Assembly (NCBI GenBank): GCA_031580995.1
Contig: JAVLCC010000005.1
Span: forward strand, 379 to 64,378
Direction: 5' to 3'
Length of the DNA: 64,000 bases
Source: Microbacteriaceae bacterium
GTDB lineage: Bacteria; Actinomycetota; Actinomycetes; Actinomycetales; Microbacteriaceae
This document shows positions 30,561 through 38,060 of this stretch, piece by piece; within the stretch, counting starts at the first letter, position 1; each line of letters begins with the position of its first letter. The notes under the pieces are model-generated. The model made no database searches. It saw nothing but the letters and a program-made list of their open reading frames with translations, and was not told the origin of the DNA. The position numbers were made by a program, and so were the translations under genes.

Positions 30561-31715
30561 TCATTTAAGTTTCTTAGTTGCACTTAGTTCGCTCATGACA
30601 ACCTCCATCGGTCCTCTTCTTCCTGCGCGGATGTTTATAACCGCCAGAAGACTCAGCCCCAACCAGACCAAAAAACCAATTAGTAGATTCATAAGCAGGT
30701 TGGTCTGACCGAATAATCCAAAACCCCACCCTGCAAAAATAATGAGCAAAATTAGCGATTGTCCGAGATAAATGCTTAGTGAGTTTTTCCCCGCGCTTGA
30801 AAGAATTTCAAGCTTTCTGCCTCGCAACACTAGCTTCCCAATCACACCAATGATTCCAGCACTTACCAGTCCGCCGGTAAGGAAGATAACCGCAAGCGAA
30901 ACCATAAACACTCCAAGATAGAAAACCTCTCCGGTAAATGTCCAAACCATTGCAGCGGCTGCAAGTAGCTGAAGAGGTATTCCTATTCCCAACCCAAAGC
31001 CCATGAGTTTATTGGCTGTTGACTCAGTAAGGTTTTCAGTTGAAAGAGCTGATTTTCTTCCTGCCATCAAGCCAATCAGAAAAGCCACAAAAACAAGCGG
31101 TCCTTGCAAAATCAGAATTCCAGGGAGAGCCAAAACCCAAACTTCTGTTCTTGGTAGCACCAGCTCCAAAAAATTGCCGGTCAGCATAATCTCATCCAGT
31201 CGGGTTTTGGTCAGGAACTGCTCGTTGGTCAGTGGCTCAAACATGTCTGCCAGGAATGAGGCGATGGACACAAAAAACATACCAACGGCGCTTATTACAA
31301 ACAGAAATGTTGCCCAGCCTCGGATGGTGGAATCCTTGCGGAACATGAAATTCCATAAGATCAGCCCAAAAATCCCATAGATAAACAGAATGTCTCCATG
31401 AAAAAGAAATTGCGCATGCAGAAAACCAAGCGCCACTAACACCAGAGATCTTCTAATCCAGCGTTGTTTATTCTCTGGTGTGCCTTTGACTATGTAGGTG
31501 GAGCTGTAACCAAACAAAAATGAAAACAGTAAATAAAACTTTGCTAGAAAAAAACCAGAGGTAATGAATCCACCAAATTGGTTTTCCAATTGGTTCATGT
31601 CAGCCGCAAACCAACCATCCACGGCACTCAGGCCAAGAAAATGTATGTTCACTAGAACAATCCCCAAAAGCGCAAAACCGCGGGTTGAGTCAATAATGGC
31701 GTCACGCGAATTCAA
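30561..31715 (-). CDS. DUF418/YeiB-like integral membrane protein
   Basis: 384 aa, polytopic. The N-terminus RGFALLGIVLVNIHF is typical of the DUF418/acyltransferase-like membrane family. Confidence 0.65.
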   Translation of the reverse strand: MNSRDAIIDSTRGFALLGIVLVNIHFLGLSAVDGWFAADMNQLENQFGGFITSGFFLAKFYLLFSFLFGYSSTYIVKGTPENKQRWIRRSLVLVALGFLHAQFLFHGDILFIYGIFGLILWNFMFRKDSTIRGWATFLFVISAVGMFFVSIASFLADMFEPLTNEQFLTKTRLDEIMLTGNFLELVLPRTEVWVLALPGILILQGPLVFVAFLIGLMAGRKSALSTENLTESTANKLMGFGLGIGIPLQLLAAAAMVWTFTGEVFYLGVFMVSLAVIFLTGGLVSAGIIGVIGKLVLRGRKLEILSSAGKNSLSIYLGQSLILLIIFAGWGFGLFGQTNLLMNLLIGFLVWLGLSLLAVINIRAGRRGPMEVVMSELSATKKLK

Positions 31716-31746
31716 ACTTGCTCCCTAGGTTAGAAACAGTTTAGTT

Positions 31747-32247
31747 CTATGCCGCCCGCTGCATCTCCAGGTAATCCTGCCATTCAGGCTGCTGCTTATC
31801 AGCTCCACGAACAGTCCAAGCAAGACCAACCGGCATCTTTGGTGTGAAATCCAACTGCCAGCCGATTTCATTTAGTGTGCGGTCACCTTTTTTGTTGTTG
31901 CACTTCAAACAGCACGCAACCAAGTTCTCCCAGGAGTCTCCGCCACCTTTGGATTTTGGAATCACGTGATCAATTGTGGAGGCACTTCGCTTGCAATAAG
32001 CGCAACGATGACCGTCTCTTCGTAAAACGCCTCTCCTAGAAACAGGAATCCTTCGGTGATTGGGGATGCGAACATACCTTGATAACAAGATCACACTTGG
32101 CACATCGAATTCCTCGGTGGCGCTTCTTACCTTTTCACTGGCTCCCGCCAGCACGGTCGCCTTTTCATTCAGAACCAACACCAGTGCTCGCTTAAATGAA
32201 ACTACTGCCAGTGGCTCGTAGCCGGCGTTTAGAACCAAAGTTCTCAT
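31747..32247 (-). CDS. HNH endonuclease (conserved stand-alone actinobacterial type)
   Basis: 166 aa. Contains CAYCKRSASTIDHVIPKSKGGGDSWENLVACCLKCNNKK, which is an HNH motif with Cys4 zinc-binding residues. Confidence 0.85.
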   Translation of the reverse strand: MRTLVLNAGYEPLAVVSFKRALVLVLNEKATVLAGASEKVRSATEEFDVPSVILLSRYVRIPNHRRIPVSRRGVLRRDGHRCAYCKRSASTIDHVIPKSKGGGDSWENLVACCLKCNNKKGDRTLNEIGWQLDFTPKMPVGLAWTVRGADKQQPEWQDYLEMQRAA

Positions 32248-32307
32248 CTACATCCCTTTCATCTCTCTCGACATGGCTTGCCGAGTTAGTTTCATGAACT
32301 TGGGCAT

Positions 32308-32337
32308 AAAAAAAGCGCCGTCAAGCATGACGACGCT
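32308..32337 (-). terminator. Intrinsic terminator (minus strand) between NlpC/P60 and HNH genes
   Basis: On the minus strand: AGCGTCGTC-ATGCTT-GACGGCGCT, a 9-bp stem with one G-U pair, followed by TTTTTTT. Confidence 0.7.
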
Positions 32338-32339
32338 AT

Positions 32340-32414
32340 TTATCTACCCTCCGGTATCTGGTGGTGGAATTGATGTAACCAGCTCACGTGCCTGGCGGGC
32401 AAGTCTTGGTACAT
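32340..32414 (-). CDS. Candidate 24-aa small ORF (MYQDLPARHVSWLHQFHHQIPEGR); alternatively part of a small RNA
   Basis: My own reading. ATG at 32414 is preceded by AAGAGGTG (32420-32427) with 5-nt spacing. The TAA stop at 32340-32342 lies 3 nt before the terminator stem. I know of no homology. Confidence 0.3.
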   Translation of the reverse strand: MYQDLPARHVSWLHQFHHQIPEGR

Positions 32415-32501
32415 AGTCACACCTCTTTCAAACCGTTGTAGTTCTGAAAATAGGGTAAACAGGAAAAGCGGGATTTTGGTAAAGAAACGCCAAAATTCAA
32501 T

Positions 32502-33221
32502 CTACTGATTTTCCTCGTTAATTGGACCAAACCTCAGGATGTGGAAGCGGTCTGTGAAAATCGGAGCCAGCTTCACTTTGTCCCCAGGCTGTGGGGCGTG
32601 GTAGAAATTACCGTTTCCTGCATAAATACCGTTGTGTGAGTAGTCATTGAAAACAACAATGTCTCCCGGTACCGCATCCTCTAGATCAATCTTTTCCGCA
32701 AACGGCAATCTCGATTGCTGATAAACACTGTGAGGCATTTCGATACCAAACTGCGCATAAACAAACATCACATAACCCGAGCAATCAATTGCGGCTGGAG
32801 TTTGACCACCAAGAACATAAGGTGTACCCACCAATTCGGCTGCGGCTTTCATAACATTTGCACTGGTTAGTTGTTCAAATCTTGGTGCAGCTAAATAATC
32901 CGTGTACAAAGGACCTGAATAGTTATAACTTGTAGTCACCTGAGAAACAGATTGCTCGGTGGCGCTGAATGAACCTCTGTCGTAACTAACTCCAGCTTCA
33001 GACTGAACGGTCAATGACTGTGACTCGCTGTCTTCCTGCTCAGCGTTTACCAATCCTGTGCGAGCTGTATAGGCAGGGTTATAACCAAAAGAGGGAAGCG
33101 CGAAAGTTGCCAACAAGCCAGTGGCGGCCATCATGGTCACCATCTTTGTAATCGGCCTAAGCTCTCTATTTTTCTTTCGAGCAGCTTCGCGTGCTTGCCT
33201 GCGGGTGGTCGGCTTTGTCAA
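32502..33221 (-). CDS. NlpC/P60 (C40) family peptidoglycan endopeptidase
   Basis: 239 aa. The C-terminal catalytic domain contains DCSGYVMFVY (Cys nucleophile) and H..IY (GDIVVFNDYSHNGIYAGNG). The basic N-terminus plus a hydrophobic segment looks like a signal or anchor. Confidence 0.88.
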   Translation of the reverse strand: MTKPTTRRQAREAARKKNRELRPITKMVTMMAATGLLATFALPSFGYNPAYTARTGLVNAEQEDSESQSLTVQSEAGVSYDRGSFSATEQSVSQVTTSYNYSGPLYTDYLAAPRFEQLTSANVMKAAAELVGTPYVLGGQTPAAIDCSGYVMFVYAQFGIEMPHSVYQQSRLPFAEKIDLEDAVPGDIVVFNDYSHNGIYAGNGNFYHAPQPGDKVKLAPIFTDRFHILRFGPINEENQ

Positions 33222-33274
33222 AAAAATCCTCTCAACAAAAAGCTTAGAAAAGTCTAATTGTTATCTAACTAAGT

Positions 33275-33952
33275 CTAAACCCCAGATGAAAGAAAAATAT
33301 GCCTGGAGATGTCAGATTCAACTAATAAACCTTCATCCTGTTGTTGAGAGATTAGGAACTTATCAACTCCCTGATCTTCCAATTTCACTTTGGCACCAGG
33401 AATCAAACCCAGCTCACTTAGCTGCATCAAAAGCTCTTTATCAACCTGTAGGGGTTCGCCTATTTGGGTTAGCAGATAATCCCCATCGGATAGCTCACTC
33501 GCTGGTGTTCCCAAGCTAATCTCATTTGACTGAAGACCAAGTTCTTCCAAACCAGGTATTGCCAATCCATAGGGAGAAGCATCCAAAGTTGATACCAAGG
33601 CGGCAATTTTTCGCTCCACCTCTTCACTCATGACATGCTCCCAACGACAGGCTTCATCGTGAGCGTCTTGCCAGTCAAGTCCAATCACATCCACCAGTAA
33701 TCTCTCCGCAAGTCGGTGTTTGCGCATAACCCCCACCGCACGTTCCCTGCCGTATTCGGTAAAGACCAAACTTTTGTCATCCTGCAAAGTGAGTAATCCA
33801 TCACGTTCCATGCGAGCAACGGTTTGTGAAACTGTTGGTCCACTCTGACCCAAACGTTCTCCAATTCGAGCGCGCATAGGCAGAAGTCCCTCCTCTTCCA
33901 ATTCGAGGATGGACTTCAGATACATTTCGGTGGTGTCAATCAGCTCACTCAC
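33275..33952 (-). CDS. ideR: DtxR/IdeR-family metal-dependent transcriptional regulator
   Basis: 225 aa. Begins MSELIDTTEMYLKSILELEEEG, contains SQTVARMERDGL (HTH), metal-site His/Glu/Cys residues (HDEACRWEHVMS) and an SH3-like C-terminal domain. Confidence 0.9.
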   Translation of the reverse strand: MSELIDTTEMYLKSILELEEEGLLPMRARIGERLGQSGPTVSQTVARMERDGLLTLQDDKSLVFTEYGRERAVGVMRKHRLAERLLVDVIGLDWQDAHDEACRWEHVMSEEVERKIAALVSTLDASPYGLAIPGLEELGLQSNEISLGTPASELSDGDYLLTQIGEPLQVDKELLMQLSELGLIPGAKVKLEDQGVDKFLISQQQDEGLLVESDISRHIFLSSGV

Positions 33953-33988
33953 ACCTCAACAATAGTTGTAAGAACTAGACTTTGGTTT

Positions 33989-35089
33989 ATGGCCGAGATA
34001 AACATTCCAGAAAACCTATTGCCTGCAGACGGACGATTCGGAGCTGGTCCAGCCAAGCTAAGGAAAGCCCAGATTGAAGCCCTCTACTCAGAGGGAAGCA
34101 AGATTATGGGCACAAGCCATAGACAAGCACCTGTCAAAAACACAGTGAAGCGCGCCCAAGAAGGACTGCATGAACTGTTTAGGCTTCCCGAGGGCTATGA
34201 AATCATTTTGGGAAATGGTGGCTCCACTGCATTTTGGGATGCTGCTGCATTTTCTTTGGCAGAGAACAAAGCGCAGGCTTTGGTTCACGGTGAATTTGGT
34301 GGGAAGTTTGCAAAAGCACTAGAAACCCCTTGGCTTGAAAAGCCCAAGGTAATCAATGCCGATCCTGGCAGTCGTGGAGATTTCGAACCAGCAGATGAGT
34401 TTGATCTCTACGTTTATCCTCATAACGAAACATCCACAGGCGTTGTCACCCCCGTTCACAGAGTTGGCGATGGGCTGATGCTCACTGATGCCACAAGTGC
34501 TGCCGGTGGGATTGATTTTGAAATCACTGAAACCGATGCTTATTACTTTGCTCCGCAGAAAAATCTTGGTAGCGATGGTGGCATTTGGTTTGCTGCTGTC
34601 TCCCCCAAAGCCATTGAAAGAATTGAATCAATAGCCACAACTCGTTACATCCCTGCGTTTTTGGATCTCAAAACTGCACTGGATAACTCAAGGCTTAATC
34701 AAACTTTGAACACCCCGGCCGTTGCCACACTTTATTTGCTTGCCGAACAGGTTGATTGGATGAATCAAAACGGTGGATTGAAATGGGCAAGTGATAGAAC
34801 CAAGCAAAGTTCAGACATGCTTTATCAGTGGGCTGAGAAAAACACCTTCTCATCAGCTTTTGTTTCCAATCCAGATAATCGCTCGCAAGTTGTTGTCACA
34901 ATCGATTTTGATGACACTGTTGATGCATCCAGGGTTGCAAAAATCATGCGTGAAAATGGCATCGTTGACATCGAACCGTATCGAAAGCTTGGAAGGAACC
35001 AGCTACGAGTCGCCACATTTGTAAACACTGAGCCAGCCGAGGTGAGTGCACTGATTGAATGCCTTGACTACGTGATTGAGAGACTCTGA
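33989..35089 (+). CDS. serC: Phosphoserine aminotransferase (actinobacterial SerC type)
   Basis: 366 aa. Contains DGRFGAGPAKLR, TSHRQ and HNETSTGV, with FAPQKNLGSDGG around the PLP-binding lysine. Confidence 0.88.
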   Translation: MAEINIPENLLPADGRFGAGPAKLRKAQIEALYSEGSKIMGTSHRQAPVKNTVKRAQEGLHELFRLPEGYEIILGNGGSTAFWDAAAFSLAENKAQALVHGEFGGKFAKALETPWLEKPKVINADPGSRGDFEPADEFDLYVYPHNETSTGVVTPVHRVGDGLMLTDATSAAGGIDFEITETDAYYFAPQKNLGSDGGIWFAAVSPKAIERIESIATTRYIPAFLDLKTALDNSRLNQTLNTPAVATLYLLAEQVDWMNQNGGLKWASDRTKQSSDMLYQWAEKNTFSSAFVSNPDNRSQVVVTIDFDDTVDASRVAKIMRENGIVDIEPYRKLGRNQLRVATFVNTEPAEVSALIECLDYVIERL

Positions 35090-35325
35090 TGGCTAAAGTC
35101 TTTGTTCCGCATCACAAGCGCAAGCCAGATCCAGAGCCTGTGAAGACAAACCCGCAGGGTGTTTTACTACTTGGAACCCTGGTCTGGCTTTTCGTTTTGG
35201 TTATGATCCTGAGTTTTCTTGACACGCTTAGCGCGAGTGGGTTTGGTTGGTGGCTTTACACCGCTATCGTCGGTGTCAGTTTGGGAATTGTCGGTTTTCT
35301 CTACGTTCGAATCCGCAGACTCTAG
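35089..35325 (+). CDS. Small 2-TM membrane protein (DUF2530-like)
   Basis: 78 aa. The ATG overlaps the serC TGA (TGATG). There are two clear hydrophobic helices. The family call is from memory of actinobacterial synteny. Confidence 0.6.
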   Translation: MAKVFVPHHKRKPDPEPVKTNPQGVLLLGTLVWLFVLVMILSFLDTLSASGFGWWLYTAIVGVSLGIVGFLYVRIRRL

Positions 35326-35730
35326 TTCCGGCAGGTCTATTTCCACCGGTCCATCCATCCTGTTTTCATCAACATCCACCCAAGCGTCATCAGACTCTTC
35401 CTCAGTCTCCGAACCGGCATTTTGCAACGCTTCACGTTGCTCTCTGCGGGCCTTTCGATACTCAGCCAATCTGTCAGCCCAAGGTGTCCACGGAGGTGCC
35501 ACCAGTGAGTCATCATTCGCCATTAGGTTTATCTCACTGACAGTTGGAGAGCTCTTCACCGTCACTTTCGATAAAGTCACCTGCCAGTGCCAATCTGTAT
35601 AACCTGGCATCAGGCATTCAAATCTAAGCTCTGTACCCTTTGGAATCTCCTCGGTTGCTAGTAGCTCGCCGAAACTTCCCTCATCCAAAACCTCTCGCAA
35701 GGCTTCGGTTGCCACCCCGATATCAGTCAA
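35167..35730 (-). CDS. Conserved actinobacterial protein (DUF3027-like) with acidic, low-complexity C-terminal tail
   Basis: 187 aa. The TTG start overlaps the stop of the upstream cold-shock-domain gene (GTTGACTGA). The last ~53 codons overlap the convergent DUF2530-like gene. Confidence 0.6.
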   Translation of the reverse strand: MTDIGVATEALREVLDEGSFGELLATEEIPKGTELRFECLMPGYTDWHWQVTLSKVTVKSSPTVSEINLMANDDSLVAPPWTPWADRLAEYRKARREQREALQNAGSETEEESDDAWVDVDENRMDGPVEIDLPELESADSNVEKTDNSQTDTDDSGVKPPTKPTRAKRVKKTQDHNQNEKPDQGSK

Positions 35731-36106
35731 CGTCTAGCTCATCAGCAACTTTGCGAAGCAAGCTGGCGACTTTCTTCCCGTGGTTATTCTCTGGGTATCG
35801 ACCGCGTTGGAAATCACTTCCGAGCTGATCAAGGAAACCAATGATGTCTTCAATCAGCACAGCCATGTCTTCAGCTGGCTTGCGATTGGTTTGGCTCATC
35901 TTGGGAACTTCTAAGATTCGAACGCTCAGAGCCTGCACACCTTTTCTTCCATCCACAATTGAAAACTCAACTCGAGACCCTGGGCGAACAGTGTTCACCC
36001 CTTCGGGTAGGGCACTTGCGTGCAGAAAGACCTCGTTGCCCTCATCGCTTGCGATGAAGCCGAAGCCCTTCTCGTCATCATAAAATTTCACTCTACCTGT
36101 TGGCAT
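35723..36106 (-). CDS. Cold-shock domain protein with ~60-aa C-terminal extension
   Basis: 127 aa. The N-terminal CSD contains GRVKFYDDEKGFGFI (RNP1) and VFLH (RNP2). Confidence 0.85.
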   Translation of the reverse strand: MPTGRVKFYDDEKGFGFIASDEGNEVFLHASALPEGVNTVRPGSRVEFSIVDGRKGVQALSVRILEVPKMSQTNRKPAEDMAVLIEDIIGFLDQLGSDFQRGRYPENNHGKKVASLLRKVADELDVD

Positions 36107-36151
36107 ATTTTCTCTTTCTTGAGTCGGCAGATAGTTTAACCTGCAGACGGG

Positions 36152-36415
36152 GTGGATTTCAGGAAGTATTCTTTAACAATGGCTTCATTTAATACTTCTC
36201 GTCTTGAAAACTTTTTGGCATACGGTGCCATCGGCGTGACATCAGTCTCTCTTTTGTCAATGATCACCACCTTGCTAATGGAGCTTGGAGGTTTTGATGA
36301 CCGACCGGTTATTTTGGCTCAACTGCCCCTGATTGGCCTTCCAGTGGGCTTTATGATGATTTTGGCGATGTTGATAATGAGCTTTTTCAGAAGAGCAAAA
36401 GAAAATCGTGACTGA
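36152..36415 (+). CDS. Small hypothetical membrane protein (2 TM)
   Basis: 87 aa ORF. Its stop overlaps the start of the next gene by 8 nt. The start is uncertain: GTG at 36152 or ATG near 36179. Confidence 0.45.
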   Translation: MDFRKYSLTMASFNTSRLENFLAYGAIGVTSVSLLSMITTLLMELGGFDDRPVILAQLPLIGLPVGFMMILAMLIMSFFRRAKENRD

Positions 36416-38060
36416 GCAGCTGGTACTAGCAAATTTGCTGCAGCAGAAAACTGATTCGGAATTAGCATCACTGGTCCGCGTAAGAAAAATAAACCTGCAA
36501 AGAATTAATGACTTTTTTGATTTAGCAAAACAGTTTTTGAATAAAAAAAAGATTGAACCCGTTATCCAATCACTTTCTAGAGAACAACTTTTGGCAATCA
36601 AAACTGAATCCAACTCGGAGCTGATCGATCAGTTGCTGTTTGGGGCCGATAGCAAATTATTCGAATCCATGGAATCACTGTTTGCGGAATTGGAGATTCC
36701 GGCTGAGGTGGAAATCCCCAGTGTCACTGCAAGTGATGTTGACCGCGCAGCAATCAACGCCCACTACACCCTGTTGGCGATAACCGAGATTTTGGTGCAG
36801 GTGGACAGCCACCCAATTAGAGCAACAGCTCGAGGAGTTGCAGTCAGTGATGCCAAATGGATTGGTCGCATGCTTGGCTGGGACCCAACAGATATCTCCC
36901 ACGCATTTGACCTAGCGGCAATTTCTGAATTGATCCAGCCAATTGATGGTAGGTGGCAACTGACCGAGAACAGCGAGCGCTGGCAAATTCAGGATGCCAA
37001 ACAAAAGCTATCTTGGTTTTTGCATGCGATCGCATCAATGGATGAAAACCTGCCGCTGGATTTAAAACCAGGACAACAAATAGAAGCTGTTATCAAAAAT
37101 CAGTATCCGCTTTTTAAAACCCCCCACCCACTGAATAATTTTTCTAACCTGCTTGCCTTGGCTGTTGATGGCTTCGCCACAGAGTTGATTCAAACTCTTA
37201 GCACCGAAGGCCCAGAAGCTTGCGCGGAAGAAATCGCCTCTCACCTTCCAAAACCTGTGAATCAACTAATTGTGCAGGCGGATCTAACAATGATTGCCCC
37301 AGGCCCGATTGACTATCCAACCGATAGACAAATAAGACTTTTTGCGGAACCAGAGAGTGTTTCACTGGCGAGTAATTTCAGACTCACCACCACCAGTGTT
37401 GTGCACGGAATGGAATGTGGTCTCACTGCCGATGACATCAAAGCCACTTTGGACCGATTATCAACCACTGAAATCCCGCAACCGGTTGAGTATCTGCTAA
37501 AAGATGCCACTGAAAAATTTGGATCGCTGACCATCATTAGCTCAGCAAAGGGATCAATCATCGAAGCCCGAGATCCCGCAATGCTTGCCCAAATCAAAAA
37601 CCAATCTGAACTTAGGGCCTTCCACTTCGTTCCCATCACTGAAAATCAAATGCTGAGTAAGCACGACAGCGACCTGCTGTATTTCAACATCAGAAGTTGC
37701 GGCTATCCAATCATTCGAATCGATGAACAGTCGCAGGTGATTTCACCACGCAAAAGCCCTGCAAAAACTATTGAGGCGGAGGATGACCTGGTTGAGCAAA
37801 TCGCCAAGCTTCGCTCCTCCACCCCGGGAGATTTCACCGAAGCTGAGATGGGAATCAATCGCCAACTGGAACTGAGTTTGAAGAATAAAGTTACGGTTGA
37901 AGTTGTTGTTAGCACTCGAGATGGTAGCCAAGTGAGCTTTGAATTATTACCAACCTCCCTATCCGCAGGTAGGTTACGTGGCAAGGATATGCACGCTGAG
38001 ACCGAACGCACGCTACCGGTTTCAAAAATTGTTTCGGTGAGGATGGGGGAGGCTCAATGA
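36408..38060 (+). CDS. Helicase-associated protein, conserved partner of actinobacterial XPB
   Basis: 550 aa. Translationally coupled to the XPB gene by an ATGA overlap at 38057-38060. I recognise no catalytic motifs. The call rests on synteny with the mycobacterial XPB neighbour. Confidence 0.55.
   Translation: MTEQLVLANLLQQKTDSELASLVRVRKINLQRINDFFDLAKQFLNKKKIEPVIQSLSREQLLAIKTESNSELIDQLLFGADSKLFESMESLFAELEIPAEVEIPSVTASDVDRAAINAHYTLLAITEILVQVDSHPIRATARGVAVSDAKWIGRMLGWDPTDISHAFDLAAISELIQPIDGRWQLTENSERWQIQDAKQKLSWFLHAIASMDENLPLDLKPGQQIEAVIKNQYPLFKTPHPLNNFSNLLALAVDGFATELIQTLSTEGPEACAEEIASHLPKPVNQLIVQADLTMIAPGPIDYPTDRQIRLFAEPESVSLASNFRLTTTSVVHGMECGLTADDIKATLDRLSTTEIPQPVEYLLKDATEKFGSLTIISSAKGSIIEARDPAMLAQIKNQSELRAFHFVPITENQMLSKHDSDLLYFNIRSCGYPIIRIDEQSQVISPRKSPAKTIEAEDDLVEQIAKLRSSTPGDFTEAEMGINRQLELSLKNKVTVEVVVSTRDGSQVSFELLPTSLSAGRLRGKDMHAETERTLPVSKIVSVRMGEAQ

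Noticed and set aside
28256-31715. Possible genomic islet integrated at tRNA-Arg (SulP, fasciclin, DUF418)
   Set aside because: I found no integrase or recombinase, no direct repeat of the tRNA 3' end, and no obvious compositional shift by eye. This cannot be excluded without k-mer or GC-skew computation and comparison with relatives.
31747-32247. HNH endonuclease as part of a restriction, defence or homing element
   Set aside because: No adjacent methyltransferase, helicase, intron/intein context or repeats. This short HNH protein looks like the conserved stand-alone actinobacterial family.
32340-32414. Classical His-codon leader-peptide attenuator
   Set aside because: The four His codons are not a consecutive run. 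The downstream gene is an HNH endonuclease rather than a his biosynthetic gene. I could not draw an alternative antiterminator pairing convincingly. The region is kept only as a generic small-ORF/terminator finding.
33222-33274. Cyclic-di-AMP (ydaO-type) riboswitch upstream of the NlpC/P60 gene, as seen for cell-wall hydrolases in some Actinobacteria
   Set aside because: The upstream gap is only 53 nt, which is far too short for that riboswitch.
35219-35602. Plus-strand ORFs (127 and 97 aa) antisense to the DUF3027-like gene
   Set aside because: Ser-rich shadow frames. Only the 78-aa 2-TM ORF at 35089-35325 has gene-like features, namely coupling to serC and clear TM helices.
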